DNA of 64,000 nt from an uncultured Planctomycetota bacterium (lineage in GTDB: Bacteria > Planctomycetota > Planctomycetia > Isosphaerales > Isosphaeraceae), in contig CAWJTV010000034.1 in assembly GCA_963845755.1 (NCBI GenBank), forward strand, positions 160,001 through 224,000, given 5' to 3'. The notes under the pieces are model-generated. The model was given only the letters and a program-made list of their open reading frames with translations. It did not search any database and had not been told where the DNA came from. Position 1 is the first letter of the stretch; every line of letters starts with the position of its first letter. The translations under genes and the position numbers were made by a program. This document shows, piece by piece, positions 21,269 through 33,274 of the stretch.

Positions 21269-23221
21269 TCAACCTTCATCCTTCATCCTTCCCAAGACGT
21301 CCCCCTGCTCGATCCGCTGCAATTCGACCATATCTCGGTACGGGCCACTGGCGGACATCAGCTCGCCGTGGCTGCCAACCTCGACGATCGCTCCATCCTC
21401 GAGCACCAGGATGCGGTCGGCGTGCCGGATCGTGCTGAGTCGGTGGGCGATGACGAACGACGTCCGGCCCTGAAGGAGTTGGGCGAGGCTCTGCTGGATC
21501 AGCCGTTCGCTCTCGCTGTCGAGGTTGCTGGTGGCCTCGTCGAGGATGAAGATCCTCGGATCGGCCAGGATGGCGCGGGCGATGGCGAGCCGTTGCCGCT
21601 GGCCCCCGCTCAGCCGCACCCCGCGCTCGCCGATCAGAGAATCGTAGCCTTCGGGGAGCCGTTCGATGAACTCGGCGGCATTGGCCGCCAGGGCGGCCTG
21701 CACGATCCGACCCCGCGTCGCCCAGCGGTCGCCGTAGGCGATGTTCTCGGCGATCGTGCCATCAAAGAGGAACACGTCCTGCTCGACGATCCCCAGCAGC
21801 CGGCGGTAGCTCTCGACCGCGATCTCGCGCAGGTTGACCCCATCGAGCGCGATCGTGCCGCGGGTCGGGTCGTAGAATCGGGCGATCAGGTTGCAGAGCG
21901 TCGTCTTCCCCGACCCGCTCCGGCCGACCAGGGCGATCGTCTCGCCCGGCTCCACCTCCAGGTCGATCTCGCGGAGCACCGCTCGATTGGTGCCCGGGTA
22001 CACGAAGCCGACATCCCGGAGAGAAATCCGGCCGGCCACCGCGCCCTTGACCACCGGGCGGTTACCCGGGCAATCGTCCATCTCCCGGCGCTCGGATAAC
22101 AGGTCCAGCACCCGGTCGAAGCCGGCGAGGTTGTTCTGGAACTGCGTGACGCTGGTCGCCAGCACGGCCATCGGCTCCAGCAGCATGGCCAGGTAGACCA
22201 GGAACATCATCAGGTCGCCCATCGAGAGCCGGCCGTCGATCACCTGGAGGCCGCCGTAGAACAGCAGCGCCACCGAGGCCATCGGCAGGATGAACTCCCA
22301 CAGGAGTTCGATGAGGCGAGAGAGCCACCAGACGTAGAGCTCCAGGCGCGCCATGAAGTGGTTCTGGCCCATGAACCGGGCCGACTCGCTCCGCTGTCGC
22401 CCGAAGGCCCGCACCACCCGCATCCCGCCGAAGACCTCGGTCGTCTGGCTGTCGATCTCCTGGCGCTCCTTGCGGACGTCGCGGAACAGCGGGCGAATCC
22501 GGCGATTCCAGGTCAGATCGGAATAATACACGCCCGGCACGAGCAATAGCGCGCCGAGCAGGAGCCGCCAGTCCACCAACGCCATGACGATCAGTCCACC
22601 CACGAACTGGACGACCGCCGCCCAGGGATTGTACAGCATGCTGAAGATGAGCTCGCCCACCCCACCGGCATCTTCGCGCAACACGCTCGACGCCCCGCCA
22701 GACTTGAGCTGATACACGCGGTGGAGCGGCAGGCGCATGGCGTGCTCGTAGACTTTGCGCCGGACCGCGACCTGGACGCGTTTCGTCATCCGCGTGGCCT
22801 GCCATCGACTCGAGAGGCCCAGGAACTTGCCGAGCACCGACACGGCCATCACGATCGCGACCAGTGCGGCCAGCCGGATCCGCGGCGACGTGGGGATCGG
22901 TACGGGGCTCCACGCCTCGACCCAGTCCGGCACCGGATGCCCCAGCATGACGTAATCGATCGCCGCCTTCGTCGCCGCGGGGGGTACCAGCTTTAGCAGC
23001 GTCGCCAGCGAGAGGGCCGCGAGCGCCGTCGCGAGCGTGAGGCGATAACCGATCAACAGACGATACAACTCGCCGTACAATTGCCCCAATGAGCGGTGCT
23101 TCGTCGCTGGCTTCGCCGGATCGGGTTGCGGGAAGTCCGTCCGCTTCAAGCCGGAACGGAAGTTCCTCAGGTACTCGCGAAACCGGAGCCGGCTGGCAAT
23201 CCGTCGATGGATCGTTGGCAA
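21269..23221 (-). CDS. ABC exporter, fused permease/ATP-binding protein
   Basis: TM domain; GRSGSGKT, LSGGQRQR, ILDEATS, IAHRLSTI. Confidence 0.95.
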   Translation of the reverse strand: MPTIHRRIASRLRFREYLRNFRSGLKRTDFPQPDPAKPATKHRSLGQLYGELYRLLIGYRLTLATALAALSLATLLKLVPPAATKAAIDYVMLGHPVPDWVEAWSPVPIPTSPRIRLAALVAIVMAVSVLGKFLGLSSRWQATRMTKRVQVAVRRKVYEHAMRLPLHRVYQLKSGGASSVLREDAGGVGELIFSMLYNPWAAVVQFVGGLIVMALVDWRLLLGALLLVPGVYYSDLTWNRRIRPLFRDVRKERQEIDSQTTEVFGGMRVVRAFGRQRSESARFMGQNHFMARLELYVWWLSRLIELLWEFILPMASVALLFYGGLQVIDGRLSMGDLMMFLVYLAMLLEPMAVLATSVTQFQNNLAGFDRVLDLLSERREMDDCPGNRPVVKGAVAGRISLRDVGFVYPGTNRAVLREIDLEVEPGETIALVGRSGSGKTTLCNLIARFYDPTRGTIALDGVNLREIAVESYRRLLGIVEQDVFLFDGTIAENIAYGDRWATRGRIVQAALAANAAEFIERLPEGYDSLIGERGVRLSGGQRQRLAIARAILADPRIFILDEATSNLDSESERLIQQSLAQLLQGRTSFVIAHRLSTIRHADRILVLEDGAIVEVGSHGELMSASGPYRDMVELQRIEQGDVLGRMKDEG

Positions 23222-23383
23222 GGAGAATCCCCAAATCTTCCGGAAATCTGGTAGGGTGCCCCGTGAGCACCGGGCCGGCCGGGGACTGCGCCTCGATGCT
23301 GGCAGCGCACCCTACCGACCGCCTTTGACGCTTCTCGAACCCCTCTTGAAATCGTCACCAGCTATCAGAGCCTGCATGACTCA

Positions 23384-23503
23384 GAGTCTGTCCCAGAAGG
23401 GGCTGGTCCGGGCGAGCGGGGGGCGTCAGCCCCCTGTCTTGGAGGTCCGTCGCTCACCGGACATGGGGCTGACGCCCCCCGCTCGCCCTTCTGGGACTGA
23501 CTC
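23384..23503. mobile_element. 120-bp MITE-like element with 18-bp TIRs, TCA flanking repeat and internal REP palindrome
   Basis: GAGTCTGTCCCAGAAGGG ... CCCTTCTGGGACTGACTC (one mismatch), TCA on both sides; inner arms GGGCGAGCGGGGGGCGTCAGCCCC / GGGGCTGACGCCCCCCGCTCGCCC. Confidence 0.7.
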
Positions 23504-23690
23504 TCAGTTGTCTGCACTCCCTCGGCATTGTAGCGGATCGGTCCATGCCTCGCCTCTCCGAGAATCGTTCGTGGCCCTGCACCGGCCTCAATGATCCCAC
23601 CCGGGAGGACGAGGTATTCCCCGAGCCTCGCCCTCGCCAGGAGCACAACGGCCTGGGTAAGGTGGAGCGGTATCCGAGGACCTGCAATCC

Positions 23691-26024
23691 ATGAAGCTGG
23701 GAATCGTCGTCCTTTTCAGTCTGACCTCGTTCCTCGCGGCGGTCTTGTTGTTCTCGGCAGAGCCGATGATCGGCAAGATGGTCCTGCCCCGCTTCGGGGG
23801 AACCCCCGCGGTCTGGAATTCGTGCCTGGTCTACTTCCAGGTCATGCTGCTGCTGGGGTATGCGCTGTCGGGCGATCTCCCGGCCGGCATGGGCATCGAA
23901 CGACGGCGAATCTCGATGCCGTTCCTGGCCGTGCTCGCCGTCCTGCTTTTCCTGGCCTACCTGATGCAGCCGCTCAGCCTGTCGGTCGGCGTCACGGTAC
24001 CGGCCGAGATCGAGAGGAGCCCAGCCGGCAGCCTGCTGGGAATCCTCTGGATCTCGACATCACTCCCGCTGTTGCTGGTCGCTTCAACGTCCCCACTGGT
24101 GCAACGCTGGTTCGCGGAGACCGGACATCCCCGGGCTCGCGATCCCTATTTCCTCTACGCGGCCAGCAATGCCGGCAGTCTGCTGGCGCTGCTCTGTTAC
24201 CCGTTCGCCATCGAGCCCCATTCGAGTCTCCCCGCGCAAGCTCGTGTCTGGCGCGCCGGCTTCGTGGTCCTCGGGCTCCTGATGATCGCCTGCGGAATCG
24301 CCGCGCGCCGGCTGAGCCGGACGCGCGGGGCCTCGACCGCATCCGGGGGCGATCGTCCCGACGCCGAAGACGGGGGAGTGGCCGCGAGGCCAACGATGCG
24401 GACCGTGCTTCACTGGCTCGTCCTGGTCTCCATCCCCTCGAGCTGGCTCATGGGGGTCACCACCTACCTGACCACCGATCTGGCGGCCATCCCGCTCCTC
24501 TGGGCCATCCCTCTCGCGCTCTATCTTCTGAGCTTCATCATCGCCTTCTCCGGCGGGTCAACGGCCCTCGTGCGGCTCGCCTCGCGGGCCCTGCCCGTTC
24601 TGGTCCTGCCGCTGGTCCTGGTGATGACCGCGGGATTCGTCCATGCTGTCTGGATACCGCTCCACTTGCTGACATTCTTGGCGGGCGCGACGGCGTGCCA
24701 TGGCGTGCTCGCAGGGCGGCGGCCGGCGGCTCGATACCTCTCGGTGTACTATGTGACCATGGCGGCGGGAGGATTGCTGGGCGGTGTTTTCAACGCGCTG
24801 ATCGCGCCCGTGATTTTCAGCCGGGTCGTCGAGTATCCGCTCGCGGTGATCCTGGGCTGCCTGGTGGCGTCGGGGCGAGAGGGCCGGCTCTGGCGAGGGA
24901 CTCGCAAGGAATGGTGGAACGATGCGCTCCTCCCCGCGACCGTCTTTCTGCTAACGGTGCTGTTGACGACGAATCGAATGGGCCTGGCGGACTCGACGTT
25001 CGGAGCCTTGGGGATCACGATCGCGGCCGGCCTGGGGATCTCGGCCTGCGTGACCGCTCGACGCCGGCCGATCCGATTCGCGGTGGTGGCCGGGGCCATC
25101 CTGCTGGCCGGGGGCCTGTCGCAAGGACCGAGCGGGCGGCTGCTTCACATCGAGCGAAGCTTCTTCGGCGTGGTGCGGGTGACCGAGGATCGGCAGCGGA
25201 GCGTCCACCGATTGTTCCACGGCAGCACGCTGCACGGCCAGCAGAATCTCGACCCCGCCCGGAGCCGAGATCCCTCGACGTATTACTCCAGTTCCGGCCC
25301 GATCGGCCAGCTCTTCGCCGCGATCGGGCCGATACGGGGCCGGCCGGGGACGCGAATCGCCGTCGTCGGCCTGGGGGCGGGCTCGCTCGCCGCCTACGCC
25401 AATTCCGCCGAGCGCTGGACGTTCTACGAGATCGACCCGGCCATCGAGCGGATCGCCCGCGATCCGCGCTATTTCACCTATCTGCGGGACTGCGACGCGA
25501 AGGCGCTCGACGTCGTCGTGGGCGACGCCCGGCTCCGACTCCGCGACGCGCCCGATCACGCCTATCAGATCATTGTCCTCGACGCGTTCAGCTCTGACGC
25601 ATTGCCGGTTCACCTGCTGACGCGCGAGGCGATCGTACTCTATCGCTCCAAGCTGGCTGATGAGGGCGTGCTGGCCGTCAACCTGTCAACGCGCTACGTC
25701 GACCTCGAGCCGGTGATCGGCCGGCAAGCGGAGGATGCCGGGTTGATCTGTCGGATCAACTACGATACGGAGCTCAGCCCCGAGGAACGGGACACCGGCA
25801 AGCAACCGTCAATCTGGGCGGTGCTGGCCGCGACAGACGGCGGCCTGGGAGCACTGACCACCGACACGCGATGGCGCCGCCCATTGCTCGGCCCGGACAC
25901 GCGAGTCTGGACCGACGACTATTCCGATCTTGCCCGCTATCTCCGCTGGATGCCGAGGCCGTTGGCAGGGCGGCGGGGCCAACTCAAATCCAGCACGGGC
26001 ATCGAGCCAGAATCCGCTCCCTGA
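23691..26024 (+). CDS. Fused MFS-like membrane domain / spermidine synthase-like methyltransferase
   Basis: LP.FGGTPAVWN, DPYFLYAASNAGS, HGSTLHGQQ, VVGLGAGS, FYEIDP, GDARL, DAFSSDALPVHLLT, WTDDYS. Confidence 0.9.
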   Translation: MKLGIVVLFSLTSFLAAVLLFSAEPMIGKMVLPRFGGTPAVWNSCLVYFQVMLLLGYALSGDLPAGMGIERRRISMPFLAVLAVLLFLAYLMQPLSLSVGVTVPAEIERSPAGSLLGILWISTSLPLLLVASTSPLVQRWFAETGHPRARDPYFLYAASNAGSLLALLCYPFAIEPHSSLPAQARVWRAGFVVLGLLMIACGIAARRLSRTRGASTASGGDRPDAEDGGVAARPTMRTVLHWLVLVSIPSSWLMGVTTYLTTDLAAIPLLWAIPLALYLLSFIIAFSGGSTALVRLASRALPVLVLPLVLVMTAGFVHAVWIPLHLLTFLAGATACHGVLAGRRPAARYLSVYYVTMAAGGLLGGVFNALIAPVIFSRVVEYPLAVILGCLVASGREGRLWRGTRKEWWNDALLPATVFLLTVLLTTNRMGLADSTFGALGITIAAGLGISACVTARRRPIRFAVVAGAILLAGGLSQGPSGRLLHIERSFFGVVRVTEDRQRSVHRLFHGSTLHGQQNLDPARSRDPSTYYSSSGPIGQLFAAIGPIRGRPGTRIAVVGLGAGSLAAYANSAERWTFYEIDPAIERIARDPRYFTYLRDCDAKALDVVVGDARLRLRDAPDHAYQIIVLDAFSSDALPVHLLTREAIVLYRSKLADEGVLAVNLSTRYVDLEPVIGRQAEDAGLICRINYDTELSPEERDTGKQPSIWAVLAATDGGLGALTTDTRWRRPLLGPDTRVWTDDYSDLARYLRWMPRPLAGRRGQLKSSTGIEPESAP

Positions 26025-26063
26025 GGGGCGGCCTGGCTCGACGCCACATGAGGGCGGTCACGG

Positions 26064-27733
26064 CTATTTCGGGAGTTGACTGCCGAACGTGGCCAACAGC
26101 TTGAGGGCCGGCACGTCAACCGCCAGGCGGAGGCGAATCGTGTCGCCCTCGCCCTTGAGGCCGAAATGGATGCGATCGCGCTTGGCGTTCGCTCCCTGTA
26201 ACACCTCGGCGGCCGCCCGGCGGAACGTCTCCTGATTCGTTTCGGCGAAAGCTCCGGCGTTTGCGACGTGCATCAGGATCGCGACGGGCTCATCCAGTTC
26301 GGAGGCAGCCGGGTTCGACAATGCCGCCATCGCCTTCCGGAGCGGTGGCAGTCCGTCCTCGCCGAAGGAGAACAGGATTGCATCCTCGCGAAAGGCGAAC
26401 AACAACGAGGCCTTGCCGAAATGCTTGGTCAGGTCCGCGTCTTTCTCGTCGAAGGGGCCGCTCATCTGATGGATCGCGGTCCCGTCTGCCGCCTTGGCGA
26501 CGTCGAATGTAACCTTGACCTTGTCGTCGGGCTTGATCGTGGTGGCGGCCTCGCGAACCAGCCGCTCGAACTCTCCACCCTTCTGGACCGTCATTCCGCC
26601 CAGCAGCGAGAACCGGGCGCACCCGGGCCCGCCGTCGAGGTCCCCTCGATCGTCATACCCAGATCGATCTCGGGCGCATTGAGGTTGGACCTCACGAGCT
26701 CGGTCATGCGCGAGGCGAGCTTCTTCTCCTGCTCGGTATCCAGCTTCGCCAAGCCGTCCTTCGCCGCCTGGTCGAAGGCCTCGAGCATCACGTCCCGGAA
26801 CTCCTTGGCGACCGGGAAGCTGGCCCAGGTTGCCATGACGGAATCCTTGCTCAGGCCCTGAAAGCGGCTCCGGCGACCGTTCAGGCCCCGTAGCGTCTTC
26901 GCCATCGCGGAGTTCGGCTTCCCACTCATGGTGAACTCGAGGGCGACCTCCGAGGTCTTGCGATTCACATCGAGATCGAGGGCGATCGCCTCTCCGTCTC
27001 GAATCAGGCTCTTGACGGCCTCGATGGCGAACTTCTGGCCGCTCAGGCGGGCCCGGTATTCGGCGTCTTTCTCGCCCGGCTTCCGCTCGTTCTGCTGGTC
27101 GGCCTGCGCTTCGATCTGGGCGAGCACTTGTTCCTTGAGGGCCTCGGGGATCTCCGAAAGCCGGATCTTCACGTTCAGCGCGGGTTCGGCCCGGTCCTTC
27201 GGCTTCCAGTCAGACGGATCGAGGGCCTTGAGCTGGTCGGCCCCGCCCGGTACGAGCGAGAACAGGGCGTATCCCTTGGATTCCAGGACGTAGACCGTGG
27301 GGTTCCCGCCGGGAGCCGTCACGCTGTGAGAGAACCCCACGATGCCGGCCTGATCGTCGACCGCCAATCCATGCTCCTTCAAGGAGGCCAGGAACTGGCC
27401 GAGGTCGGTGACCGGCACGGCGGCTACAATTGTGGGAGGGCTGCCTTGAGGAAAATCCTTGGGCAACGTGACGGCCACGCCGAATCCGCGACCCTGGTCC
27501 AGGCCCTTGATCAGCGCTCCTGACTTGAACTGGGCCAACCCATTGAGCACGGCCTGGGCCATCGGGTCGCCCTCGGGAGCCACCGTCTTGATCAGGTACT
27601 CGAGGTCGTCGCCCAGTTGGGTCAGCGACTTGGCCGTGATGACGATCGTTTGTCCCTGCGCCGTCCCGATCGAGCCCAGGAGACCGAACGTACTCACCAG
27701 GAAGACATGAAATCTCAGCTTTCGAAAGGTCAT
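26064..27733 (-). CDS. Secreted hypothetical protein (frameshifted around 26600-26640)
   Basis: ORFs 26591..27817 and 26064..26594 are contiguous with coding-like composition; signal peptide at MTFRKLRF. Confidence 0.65.
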
Positions 27734-28003
27734 TCCGATCACCCCTGTTGTCCGCCGGGAAGGAAAGCCTGGGCTCGGAGTCCTGGGCCTTCGGATACCC
27801 GCGAGATCACACCGCAACCGCCGGATCGATCCGATTCGTCCGACGATGATGCCTTGATTGGACCATCGGCGGCACGTTTCTGGGCGAGGTCCCAGGGTCC
27901 GACGCGTGTCGCGGACCGGTCGGGCTCATCCCATGCGCCCCAAAGTACACTAGAACATCGGCCGTGCCGAAGGGATATCGTCCTCAGAGGCGGCCATAAA
28001 CGC

Positions 28004-28042
28004 AACGCCTCCCCGACCGAATCCGGCCCGGGAGGCGTTTTC
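28004..28042. terminator. Intrinsic terminator-like hairpin downstream of the oxidoreductase
   Basis: AACGCCTCCC ... GGGAGGCGTT with T-rich tails on both strands. Confidence 0.55.
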
Positions 28043-28065
28043 TCACGACTCGGAAGGCATCGACC

Positions 28066-29586
28066 TCACGCGATCCGATCGGGCACCACGAACGGTTCGC
28101 GATAGGCACGAGTGAGGAGGTGATTGGCCTCGGAGTCGCCGACGAACGACTCGGTCGCGGCGTCGACGGTGAGCTTGCGGCCGAGGCGATACTTCAGGCC
28201 GTCGAGCGCGACCTTGTTCTCCTGGAGATGCTCTTCCATGCTGTGGAACGTCCGGAAGGCCTCCTTATCATCACCAAAGGCATGGGTTGACTTGCTGAAG
28301 GGGACCTCGTCGCCCAGCCGGTAGGAGATGTTGGCCAGGTGGCAGAGTGCCGCGGAGTAATGCCCTTCGAGGATGTCGGCATTGAGGTCCTCGGCCTTGC
28401 GGCTCTTCACCGCGGCGATGAAGTTGCCGAAGTGACCGCGACCCGGCCCGCGATGGGCCTCGACCTTCACCGCTTTCGCCAGGGGGATCGCCTCGCGTTT
28501 CCCCTTGGGATAAAACTTCCCTTCCGCGAGGGTTCCCGCCTCGAGGTGGGCGATGTTGCCGACCTTGGTGCCGTGGAATCCGCCCGTCGGCAATCCGCGG
28601 ACCTCGAAGATAAGTTGGGTGTCACCGAAGTCCATCACCGTGATCTGCGTGTTCGCCGTCTGCCCCTGATCGTGATAGCCGAACCGGCCGCCGAGGCTGA
28701 GCACGCTCTTGGGGAAGGTCGCGCCACCGGCGGATCGCGTGGGGATCATCCAGCGGGCGATGTCCATCTGGTGGACGCCCTGGTTGCCGATGTCGCCGTT
28801 GCCGAAGTCCCAGAACCAGTGCCAGTTGTAATGGACGAAGTTGGCGTTGTACGGCTGCTGGGGTGCCGGGCCGAGCCAGATGTCGAAATCCAGGTTCGCC
28901 GGCGGCATGGCGTTCGGCTTGACTCCGATGCTGCCGCGAGGCTTGTAGCAGAGGGCGCGGGAGACCAGTAACTTGCCGAGCTGGCCCGACTGGATCGCGG
29001 CGACCGCCTGGGCCCAGCGAAGATCGGAGCGGCTCTGGGTCCCGTGCTGGACGATCCGGTTATGCCGCCGCGCCGCCTCGACGGCGATCCGGCCCTCGTG
29101 GACGTTGTGGCTGCACGGCTTCTCGACGTAGACGTCCTTGTCGGCCTGGCAGGCCCAGATCGTCATCAAGGCATGCCAGTGGTTCGGCGTTGCGATCGAG
29201 ATCGCATCCACCGACTTGTCATCGAGCACCCTGCGGATGTCCTTCTCGGTCGCCGGTGGCGTGCCAGCATGCTTCGTGAGCTGGTCAACCTGCTTGAGCC
29301 GATCGGCGTAGGTCTTGGCGTCGGGATCGACCAGGTAGGCGATCTGCACGTCCGGCATGGGCGCAAACCCGCCAACGTGGGCACTTCCCCTGCCGTTGAG
29401 CCCGGCCACGGCGATCCGGACCGTCTCGTTGGCCCCCAGGACCCGGCCCGATGATTTGGTTCCGCCGATGGCAAAGCTCGCTCCCACCCCGGCGACAGCC
29501 AGGGAACGGCCCACGAACTGGCGGCGATTCAGGTCTGATGTTCGACATCGCTGCGGCTCCTCCCAGGTTCGGTTAGCCCCCATCAA
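28066..29586 (-). CDS. Gfo/Idh/MocA oxidoreductase, Tat signal
   Basis: NRRQFV; IAVAGLNGRG, ATPNHWH, DVYVEKP, WLGPAP, YNWHWFWDFGNGDIGNQGVH. Confidence 0.92.
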   Translation of the reverse strand: MMGANRTWEEPQRCRTSDLNRRQFVGRSLAVAGVGASFAIGGTKSSGRVLGANETVRIAVAGLNGRGSAHVGGFAPMPDVQIAYLVDPDAKTYADRLKQVDQLTKHAGTPPATEKDIRRVLDDKSVDAISIATPNHWHALMTIWACQADKDVYVEKPCSHNVHEGRIAVEAARRHNRIVQHGTQSRSDLRWAQAVAAIQSGQLGKLLVSRALCYKPRGSIGVKPNAMPPANLDFDIWLGPAPQQPYNANFVHYNWHWFWDFGNGDIGNQGVHQMDIARWMIPTRSAGGATFPKSVLSLGGRFGYHDQGQTANTQITVMDFGDTQLIFEVRGLPTGGFHGTKVGNIAHLEAGTLAEGKFYPKGKREAIPLAKAVKVEAHRGPGRGHFGNFIAAVKSRKAEDLNADILEGHYSAALCHLANISYRLGDEVPFSKSTHAFGDDKEAFRTFHSMEEHLQENKVALDGLKYRLGRKLTVDAATESFVGDSEANHLLTRAYREPFVVPDRIA

Positions 29587-29753
29587 CCCTCACGAAGTCA
29601 AACGAAGGTTAAACAACCGCCCATTATGCAACATGAGCAGGTGGATTCCCAGGAGGCACCGACGCCAATCATTCTGCCGATGGAGATTCGGGGGCGAGTG
29701 CTGGAGGGGTGAGACGTGCGGCGCCCGAGATTAGAGACAGGTGCAGCCGCGTC

Positions 29754-30071
29754 CTACTTGGTGGCCCTTCCGAAGACCATACCCACGATGCCGGAAAGGA
29801 TGCCGGAGACGATCGGCCACACCTTCTGGGCATCCTCCGAGGTTGCTCCATGCCTGAGGAGAATGACAAAGCAATAGGTACCGATCGCACCGATGAAACT
29901 GAAGGCGACCAGGTAGGCCAGGAGGTCTTTGACCAGGAACGCGAGGAAATCCTTGCGGCGTCGGAGACGTTTATCCTCGGGATCTTCGGGACCCTTGAAT
30001 TCCAGTGTCTCGAGACACGCATCCCGGCGCAAGATCTCGCCCAGATCCTTCGGCGTTGGCTTGCTCGTCAT
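29754..30071 (-). CDS. Small two-TM membrane protein
   Basis: Two hydrophobic helices ([40 protein letters not shown]); start overlaps the upstream stop. Confidence 0.6.
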   Translation of the reverse strand: MTSKPTPKDLGEILRRDACLETLEFKGPEDPEDKRLRRRKDFLAFLVKDLLAYLVAFSFIGAIGTYCFVILLRHGATSEDAQKVWPIVSGILSGIVGMVFGRATK

Positions 30072-30382
30072 AACCCGTTAACCTCATGCCCAATCCCGAC
30101 GAACTCTGTGTCCAACCTTTCTGCTTCATCCGTAACTCCGACATGCTTTCCCTCTCGCTTGTAGTTGACTGTCGCCTTGTAGAGGGCAATGGCCTTGGTG
30201 AAAACCTCGTCGAGGTTTTGTCGCGTGTCACGCATGAGTTGCTCTAGGACGGCATAGAACTCGGGCGTAACCTCAAAAGTGATCCGAGCCGCAAATGTCT
30301 CCCGTGACAAGCTGTTGGCGGCCTCCTTTCGGCGATCCTTGGCCTTGATGCCCGGCTCTTGAGATTCCAATGTTGTCGCCAT
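30068..30382 (-). CDS. Ribbon-helix-helix (CopG-like) DNA-binding protein
   Basis: [36 protein letters not shown] strand-helix-helix pattern; GGAGGAG RBS. Confidence 0.6.
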   Translation of the reverse strand: MATTLESQEPGIKAKDRRKEAANSLSRETFAARITFEVTPEFYAVLEQLMRDTRQNLDEVFTKAIALYKATVNYKREGKHVGVTDEAERLDTEFVGIGHEVNGL

Positions 30383-30485
30383 GATCGATACTCCTCCATT
30401 CGAATTGTACCCGATTCCCCTCCATCTCCAGTGTAGGACCAAGTGCCCGGGGCGTCCATGCCGGGCACTCGTTGCATCGAGTCGG

Positions 30486-32008
<1,523 letters not shown>

Positions 32009-32373
32009 GAGCTCCTTATTCGAGGTTTTTCAAGGGTCCCTAACCCCGGTACCGGGGATGGTCCGGGAGTCCGAGCACTCGCAGCAGGCAGGTAATCGAA
32101 TTTCCGATCATGCCAGATCAGGGACGGCGAACCAAGACCCGCCTCACCGATGATCGATCCCTCGCAGGAGGCGTTCCATCGCCCTTCGGGGCCCCTCCGG
32201 CGGTGGAATTGCATCGTTGCCGGATGCAATCCTCGGAAAATGCGATCGCACCGTGGACCATCGACTCCGCCGGGATCGTATCGAGGATATCGGGCGGTGT
32301 GAAAACCCGACGAGGACTCCCGGCCGGGGCCTGAGATCCGGAGATCAGGGCGACTGGTGCGAAAAGGAGCACG

Positions 32374-33105
32374 TTGATGAATTCCTCATGGCGGTGCGGC
32401 GCGCGGCTTCCGATCCTTGCCCTTGTCCTGGCGCTGGCGGCCTGGACGATTCCCGGACCCTCCGCCTTCGCCCATGGTGGTGGCGGAGGTGGCGGCGGGC
32501 ACGGTGGTGGCGGCGGACACGGCGGCGGCGGACACAGCGGCGGCGGACACAGCAGCGGAGGACACCACTCCGGAGGCACTCATTCCAGCACCTATCACCA
32601 CGGTGGCTACCACAACGGCGGTTACGGATACTCCAATGGATTCTGGCCCGGTGGTTACCTCGGCTTCGGCGGTTACGGATACGGAGGCTATGGATACGGC
32701 GGTTATGGATACGGAGGCTATGGATACGGATATGGATATCCATACTCCAATTATGGTTATGGCTATCCCAATTATTCGTACGTCAACCCCGCCTATGGAT
32801 ACGCTGCGCAGGGAGCGGCCGTAGCGGTGCCGGCGCAGGGGCGTTTCCTGGGCATCGACGAGGTGGCGGTTCAGGATGGCGATACGCAAGGGATGCAGGT
32901 GGTCCAGGTGTACCCGGGTTCTCCGGCGGAGCAGGCCGGCCTTCGCGCCGGCGACGTGATCCACGCGGCCAACGGCTACTCCATCCAGCAGCACGGCCAT
33001 TTGACCTGGGTCATCAACAACGCCGCACCCGACGGCGTACTTCAGTTGACCGTCCACTCCGCAAGCGACGGCGCCTACCACTCGATCACAGCTCGAGTTC
33101 CTTGA
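32374..33105 (+). CDS. Secreted PDZ-domain protein with Gly/His and Gly/Tyr low-complexity region
   Basis: Signal peptide; GGGH and GYGGY repeats; RFLGI..VYPGSPAEQAGLRAGDVI PDZ motif. Confidence 0.85.
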   Translation: MMNSSWRCGARLPILALVLALAAWTIPGPSAFAHGGGGGGGGHGGGGGHGGGGHSGGGHSSGGHHSGGTHSSTYHHGGYHNGGYGYSNGFWPGGYLGFGGYGYGGYGYGGYGYGGYGYGYGYPYSNYGYGYPNYSYVNPAYGYAAQGAAVAVPAQGRFLGIDEVAVQDGDTQGMQVVQVYPGSPAEQAGLRAGDVIHAANGYSIQQHGHLTWVINNAAPDGVLQLTVHSASDGAYHSITARVP

Positions 33106-33274
33106 AAGATCGGGCTCGCCCAGGGACACCCGACAGTGATCCTGGAAACTGAAGTCCCGGCATGTCTCCTGGAGCACGGTGTGGAAGTCCTCCCGATCGA
33201 GTGATACGCTAGCCCTCACCCGATCGGGATCGCTCCACTTGCTGCCCTCGGCAGAGACATGACGGAGTCCGCCA

